A stretch of 64,000 nt of DNA from Trueperaceae bacterium (GTDB taxonomy: Bacteria; Deinococcota; Deinococci; Deinococcales; Trueperaceae): positions 1,216,001 to 1,280,000 of the forward strand of contig CBDCDZ010000004.1 in assembly GCA_965215565.1 (NCBI GenBank). Reading direction: 5' to 3'. Numbering within the stretch: the stretch's first letter is position 1; every line of letters starts with the position of its first letter. Positions 58,481-64,000 of the stretch are shown in pieces. The notes under the pieces were generated by a model. It ran no database searches, was not told where the DNA came from, and saw only the letters and a program-made list of their open reading frames with translations. Made by a program: the position numbers and the translations under genes.

Positions 58481-59593
58481 TCAGGGCGCGTCACTTTCTA
58501 CATTCAACGTGAGAACTCGCGACACCTCTTCCCCTTGCGCGGGGGTTGCGAGCAGCTCGAGGCGGTTTTCCCCCTCGCGAAGCCCCGACACGGTGAACAT
58601 GAAGCGTCCGCCTGAGAAGATAATCGGAACGCTTTCGCCACCGTTGAGGCGGTAGCGCAGCTCACGCACGCTGCTGTCTATTTGCCCGCGCACGATGGTC
58701 GAGGTCGCTTGTAAGGTCTCGCCGTCCGTTGGGCTCAGCAGCTCGAGCACGCCCACAGCCGAACCTGGCGCGGCGTCCGAAAGCGAGACGCGGCTCAGCG
58801 GGTCGGTCGGCTGCGGGCTGCCGCCGGGCGGCTCGAGGCTCAAGTAGAGCGACGCGAAGCCCTGCGTCGAAACCTCAAACACCTCGTCTCGCGACACCTC
58901 CAATGAGGTAAGCTGTTCGCTGCTCGAGGGCTCCCAATCGTCGTTGACGTGACCCCAAGCTTGGTAGACGCGCCCGCCGGGGGGCGGCTCGGCGAGGACG
59001 AAGAGGGCGCGGTTCTCGAGGTTGGCGTCTTGCGGTTCACCTCGCGCGACGAGCGTGTTGCCGATGAGGGTGTCCGACTCATCGTAGAGCGCCACGGCTT
59101 GCACCGTTCCGGCGCTCAAAAAGCGCGTGATGAGCGCCTGCTCAGCCCGCAGCGCTAGATTAGTGCGCCCAGTCTGATAGCCAAAGACCCCGGTGACGAG
59201 GAGCAGCGCGGCGCACGCGGCGATGAGCCAGGGGGCGATTTGGGGGCTCGAGGGGACAGGGTACGGGACACCCTGGCTCGGCGTTTCAGATGGCACACCT
59301 TTAGACGGCGTCTCTTCGTACGGTATAGCTCGGCGTGGAGGGAGCGTGAGGGTGTCGTCCGGGAAGGTCGGCTCACGCTCCTCGCGCAAGCGCTCAAAAA
59401 GGCGTTCGTGCGGGCGCTCGCTCGGGATCATCTCGGGCAGGGCGTCCACCCAATCCGCGAAGACTTGATCCAACTCTCTCACCTCCTCCATACACGCTTC
59501 GCAAGACGCCAGGTGCGCCTCGACTTGGGCGCGTTCCGCCTCGTCCAAAAGTCCGGCGGCGTAGTCTGGCAGGAGGTCTTTAGGATGATCCAT
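58481..59593 (-). CDS. Zinc-binding (ZAS) RskA-like anti-sigma factor with a C-terminal Ig-like domain
   Basis: HLASCEAC, TM, VYQAW, SLEPPGGSPQPT. Confidence 0.88.
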   Translation of the reverse strand: MDHPKDLLPDYAAGLLDEAERAQVEAHLASCEACMEEVRELDQVFADWVDALPEMIPSERPHERLFERLREEREPTFPDDTLTLPPRRAIPYEETPSKGVPSETPSQGVPYPVPSSPQIAPWLIAACAALLLVTGVFGYQTGRTNLALRAEQALITRFLSAGTVQAVALYDESDTLIGNTLVARGEPQDANLENRALFVLAEPPPGGRVYQAWGHVNDDWEPSSSEQLTSLEVSRDEVFEVSTQGFASLYLSLEPPGGSPQPTDPLSRVSLSDAAPGSAVGVLELLSPTDGETLQATSTIVRGQIDSSVRELRYRLNGGESVPIIFSGGRFMFTVSGLREGENRLELLATPAQGEEVSRVLTLNVESDAP

Positions 59594-60167
59594 CAGCATC
59601 CTCCTCGCCTTCTACATCTTCTACGCCTTCTTTCATCACGTCGCGCAACTTCAAGATTGCCCGCCGTATCTTGCTCCTGACCGTGCCGAGCGGCTTTTGG
59701 GTGTGCTCGGCGAGTTCCGAGTAGCTGTACCCTCCGAAGTAGGCGTGCTCGATGAGTTGCCGCTCTTCGCCAGTTAGGTGCGCCAAGCCGCGCTCGAGCC
59801 AAATCTTGTCTGTCACCTCAAGTCCGAGGGACGCTTCAAAAGGTGCGCTCGGGTCGTAAACATCCCATTCCTCCGCATTGACGGGGCGCGAGCGCCGCCT
59901 GCGAAGTTTAGAGAGCGCCTCGTTGCGTGCCAAGGTGTAGATAAAGGGTCTCGGTGAGCGCTCCCGAATGTGAACGTCGTCTTTCATCGTGTACAGTTTG
60001 TAAAAGGTCTCCTGTAAGACCTCTTCAGCTTCCTCCCGGTTGCCTAGTAGCTTAAATGCCAAGGTGTAAACCTTGCCTTTGAGTCGGTGATAGAGTTCGT
60101 CAAGCGCGGCTTCGTCACCCTGACGGATGCGCGCGAGCAGTACAGCTTCGGGGTCCATGTGCCTCAA
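59580..60167 (-). CDS. ECF RNA polymerase sigma factor
   Basis: AEEVLQE, ARNEA, YFGGYSYSELA...PLGTVRSKIRR. Confidence 0.93.
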   Translation of the reverse strand: MRHMDPEAVLLARIRQGDEAALDELYHRLKGKVYTLAFKLLGNREEAEEVLQETFYKLYTMKDDVHIRERSPRPFIYTLARNEALSKLRRRRSRPVNAEEWDVYDPSAPFEASLGLEVTDKIWLERGLAHLTGEERQLIEHAYFGGYSYSELAEHTQKPLGTVRSKIRRAILKLRDVMKEGVEDVEGEEDADGSS

Positions 60168-60677
60168 TGCTAGGGTTGGAGTCGTGCAACATTAATGAGT
60201 ATAGCAAGGGGACTCGTCGCGCTTTAGCGCGCGTGTCACGTCACTTTGGCGTGGAGTAGGGGTGGCGTGACACGCGCCGCGAGGCTCGAGCCGCTCCCAT
60301 TGGCAAAGAAAGAACGTTAGTAGTGTAGACATGTGCGCCTCCAAGAGAGCCCTTCACTCTAAGAGACGCGGCAAAGTATGATTTGTATGCGCAGTTCAGG
60401 ACAGGGATACTCAGTGCGAAGTATCGCTGTCCCTCTGCAGGTAGCGGTGTCGGGGCAGGTATGCCTGTGGTGCAAGGGGATGGGTTTTCAGCCTTGAGTA
60501 TTGATGTTTTCCCTGCATGAAGGACAGATAGCTACGTCTCTTCGGATTGTCCGGTATCTTCTCTCAGCATTTGCATCTGTTATTGGCACACTGCGAGCGT
60601 TCGTTGGTACTCGTATCCGCTCGGGCAAGGTTGACACAGGTGTGTCAACCTTGCCTGCAAACGCTATCTATAAGGCG

Positions 60678-61091
60678 TTATTTTCGGTATCTATGTAACG
60701 CTTCTGCAGCAGACACGCGCGTTTTGCGCATTACGAGGTCAGCCTCCATTTGGAGAAGTACAGTGCATTTCTTTCCTATTGACAGTTGACTGATTGCGTT
60801 TATTTTGACTCGCGCTGCTCGGTTGAGATTGTTGCGTAAGTCAGCGCGGATGTGGTCGCAAGGGACGACGCCTGCTTCGCGTAGCCTCAGGATGTCGCCG
60901 ATGTCAGCCAAGGTGAAGCCCAAAGCTTGGGCGCTGCGGATAAAGGCGACGCGCTGAGGGGTGTCTTGTGAGTAGTAGCGGTAGTTATTCGCGCCCCGCT
61001 CTGCTTTTAGGAGACCCTGGTCAGTCCAGTAGCGCAGGGTTTTGACGCGCTCGTGGGTCAAGGTGGCGAGGTCGCCGATACTGAGGGGCAT
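60678..61091 (-). pseudogene. MerR-family regulator with the C-terminus apparently replaced
   Basis: IGDLA..TLRYW..GLL, FIRSAQALGFTL, PC; diverges after DLRNNL. Confidence 0.7.
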
Positions 61092-61222
61092 AGCCCAAGC
61101 GTAGTTCATTCTGAGATGCAGTGCGTCTAAAGCCGTAACGAAAGCTCGTTTGATTTATTGGTCCATCCGCCAAATACGTGCAGGGTGTAGAGCAGGGTTC
61201 ACTTCACGAAGGAGGCCGCGCT

Positions 61223-62127
61223 ATGCGCTCTTACGCTCGTGTTCGCAAGTTGACCGAGGAGGAGTATCAAGAACGCAAGCGCTGAGAACGTTCCAGGACA
61301 ATGGCGGCAGGTAAGGTCAAGCGGGCTCGGACGGTGCTGTGCTCGAACCAAGGTTATACCTGCACCGAGATTACGCAGAAGCTCGAGATGGGTGAACGCA
61401 CAGTAAGATGGTGGGTGACGCGCTTCAACAAGCTGGGTATCCCAGGACCAGAAGAAGAGCAGCGCCCGGGACGCCCACGAGTTTTTACTGCCGAGCAAGT
61501 GGGAGCAGTGATTGAAACGGCGTTGACGAAACCTGACGAGTTGGGGCTGCCCTTCGGTGCTTGGACCCTAGCTAGGCTCGTTGCCCATCTCAGCAAAGAG
61601 AAGGGCGTCGAGATGAGCCGCAGCCGCATAAGCGAGATTTTTAGGCGTGAAGGACTTAGGACAGGTGATCGCCTAAAGCGAAGTCGCGTGGTCCCGCTCC
61701 CGCTAGCCGCCGTTGGCGGTAACCTTTGGCGGCAGCAGGAGAGCTGGTTTGATAAGCGTGTCGATCCTGAGTTCGCCAAAAAAAGGGTGCCACCCTACGG
61801 CTTTATACGGCACCCCCGGCAGAAAGCGTCGTCCTCTGCATAGACGAGATGGGTCCCTTGTCAGTGCGGACCTATCAGGGTAAGGAACTCGTCAAGGTTC
61901 ACGGTCCCCCTGCCGGACGCGCGAAAGCTGACCTCATCTACACCGGGCAGCCGTTCGGCGGTTACGTCTACGGCGCATTAGAACCCGCCACAGGTGCAGT
62001 GTTCACCGAGGTCTATTCGCGTCGCAACGTCGGGTATTACGTCGAGTTCTTAGAAAAAGTCGAGCAGTGGGTCTCACCCGAGATCAAACGCATCTACGCC
62101 ATCGTCGACAACTTGGCGGCGCACTGA
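61223..62127 (+). mobile_element. Decayed IS630-family transposase
   Basis: In-frame TGA at codon 21; HTH RPGRP, WTL; A7GGG -1 frameshift site (61778-61787) into LCIDEMGP; truncated at IVDNLAAH. Confidence 0.85.
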
Positions 62128-62134
62128 GGTTGCC

Positions 62135-62385
62135 CCTCAAGCTGTTGATCTCGTCACCCCGCGCCGCAGAGACCAACTTCCCCCACCTAAGCGTGAGCAA
62201 CGCCTCTACAAAGGTCATCGCATCGTAGAAACCGTGTTCTCTTCGCTCGACAGGCTAGGGCTCTCCAACAGACCTTACCGCTCCACTAAGGGTCGCGTAT
62301 TGCACATCTACACCACTATTCTCGCTTATCAGCTCTCTCGTTCAGGTGCCTTCGAAGTCTGGTTCTACCTTTTCCGAATTGAGGT
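62135..62385 (+). mobile_element. IS982-family 3' remnant
   Basis: HRIVETVFSSLD motif; ends CGAATTGAGGT, an IS982-like terminal repeat. Confidence 0.65.
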
Positions 62386-63783
62386 TATTTCGTATTTCCA
62401 TGTCGACGCTGGATAAGTGGGTAGCTCGAGCGCGGAGGGGTGGCGATGCAGCGTTAGCGGATAAAAGAAGAGACCAGGTGCCCATTAAATACGGGGGTGC
62501 GAAAGAGCAGGTCGATGTAATAGCAAATAAGGCGAAGTTTCGTGCCATGAATGTAACAGAAGCTGCTAAAGCCATACATCAGGAGCTGCACGACCCTGCT
62601 TATGGTCTCGACAACGTACCTAGCGTTAGCACTATTTACAATTGGATCAGGCGCACCGAGAAAAAAATCCCTAGCAACTCAACGGCGTACGAGAAACCGA
62701 CAGCGGCAGGTCAGGTTGATTAGGTCGACAGCACGACGCTGGCACATGACGTTTTTGATGAAGACGGTAGATTTATAGGTCGGGGGACGGTAAGGCTGGT
62801 GGTAGACGCTTACACCCGGTACATCAAAGGCTATGCGTTCAATCTCTCTGGGGAATCTGTCGCTCAGATCGCTGAGGCGCTCACACACGCTTTTTTTCAA
62901 AGAGAGCTACCCTGATTGGTCGAGCTTTAAGTGCGCGATGGTATTCGTGGACAACTGCTCTGCGCACCGCAGCAAAGTGGTTAATGACGCACTAATCAAG
63001 CGTGCCAGCAAACGCTTCTGACTGAAGTTCCGCGTTATCGGTCGACCCGAAAGCGGCGGCATCGTGGAGCGGACGCTTCAAACGATCGAAAAAAGAGCCT
63101 CTGAGTTCGGCGGCAAGCCGACGCTCGCCGACGTAAGAAATATCCTCACCGAGGTTTGCCAGACGTTCAATCACACGGTCCACAGCACCATAAGAACTAC
63201 TCCCGCAATGGCCCTCGCTGTAAGTAGAAGCGGTTCTAAGACCCGCCCAGCCGTAGGTAGAAAGTTAGACCCGTTGCCACTCGAGGATAGAGAGACCTTT
63301 CTCCTAGACCTCCTTCGAATAGTTAGAACACCCCAGGTGCGTCGTTCCTGCATCATATTCAACAACCTCATCTACCGTCATCCCGAGCTTTCTGACCTCC
63401 ATAAAGAGAAAGTTTCTGTCAAAGTGTCACCGGATCGGTGGCGGCACTTCGTTCACGCCTACCATCCCCAAAAAAAGGAATACCTGAAAGTGCCTCTCGA
63501 CTACAACGCCACCTTCGCTTTTACCGAGGCAGAGGTCAATGAGGCTGTCAAGGCAGCTAATTTGAGGGGAAAAAAGCTGTCCAATAGAACGGTCGTTGAC
63601 ATCATAAAAGAGGGGGCGACTAAAGCTCCCACTACAAAGAAGGGGCATCGTGACAAGGCGCAAAAGGACCTGGCAACTGAGCCGCTAAAACAGGAAGAGC
63701 AAAAGGAGCGCAACGAGCCGCGCAAAAAGGTTAGCTTTCCCGGAAGCGTTAAGACGCTCGAAACTGGGCTGACTGATGAGTAA
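62386..63783 (+). pseudogene. TniA/TnsB (Mu-like DDE) transposase, disrupted
   Basis: HTH PSVSTIYNW; VDST after a TAG; VVDAYTR; VDN; GGIVER; FNHTVH; several frameshifts. Confidence 0.75.
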
Positions 63784-64000
63784 TCCACAACCGTTCGAAC
63801 ATCTAAGTCCTGGTGCGATCAAAATGCTCCATAAGAGCAGAAAGGAACGTATCGATTACGTGACTGGGAACACTTGGACGATTAAATATCTCCATTTGCT
63901 CAAGGTAGAAAAATGGGTGGAGAAGGTTCCGCCGTTCTTCGACTCGCCGACTCTCCAACCCGTTATGGTCTACCCAGACGTCGACCGGGCTCTACAGAAC
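63776..64000 (+). CDS. TniB/TnsC-like NTPase, N-terminus (runs off the window)
   Basis: MSNPQPFEHLSPGAIKML..SRKERIDYV...W..KY overlapping the transposase stop. Confidence 0.5.
   Translation, partial: MSNPQPFEHLSPGAIKMLHKSRKERIDYVTGNTWTIKYLHLLKVEKWVEKVPPFFDSPTLQPVMVYPDVDRALQN

Overview
A GC-rich bacterial chromosome segment. Gene content and protein style suggest Deinococcota, probably Truepera-like (inference, not a database match). The housekeeping core includes lgt, a GlmU N-terminal domain, purA, argR, tRNA-Ser(CGA), cobT with two histidine phosphatases, sbcDC, a GH1 beta-glucosidase, an osmoprotectant ABC transporter and a two-component system. Accessory parts are a sugar-ABC operon coupled to an atypical YcaO and a NodB-like deacetylase, toxin-antitoxin genes, an ECF sigma/anti-sigma pair next to CHRD and Tyr-rich Ig-like lipoproteins, and decayed IS630, IS982 and TniA/TniB elements at the right end. 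Five observations stand out. (1) An intact IS110 sits inside a MITE-like repeat, and its non-coding end contains readable bridge-RNA guides matching both that repeat and the IS circle junction. (2) The MITE family has at least 6 copies built from nested, very small modules, one of which also sits in-frame in an IS630 gene. (3) Two unannotated 41-42 aa secreted peptides share an A|GK cleavage pattern and an upstream hairpin. (4) The YcaO sits in a transporter operon with no adjacent precursor. (5) The palindrome GCTCGAGC is strongly over-represented, like cyanobacterial HIP1.
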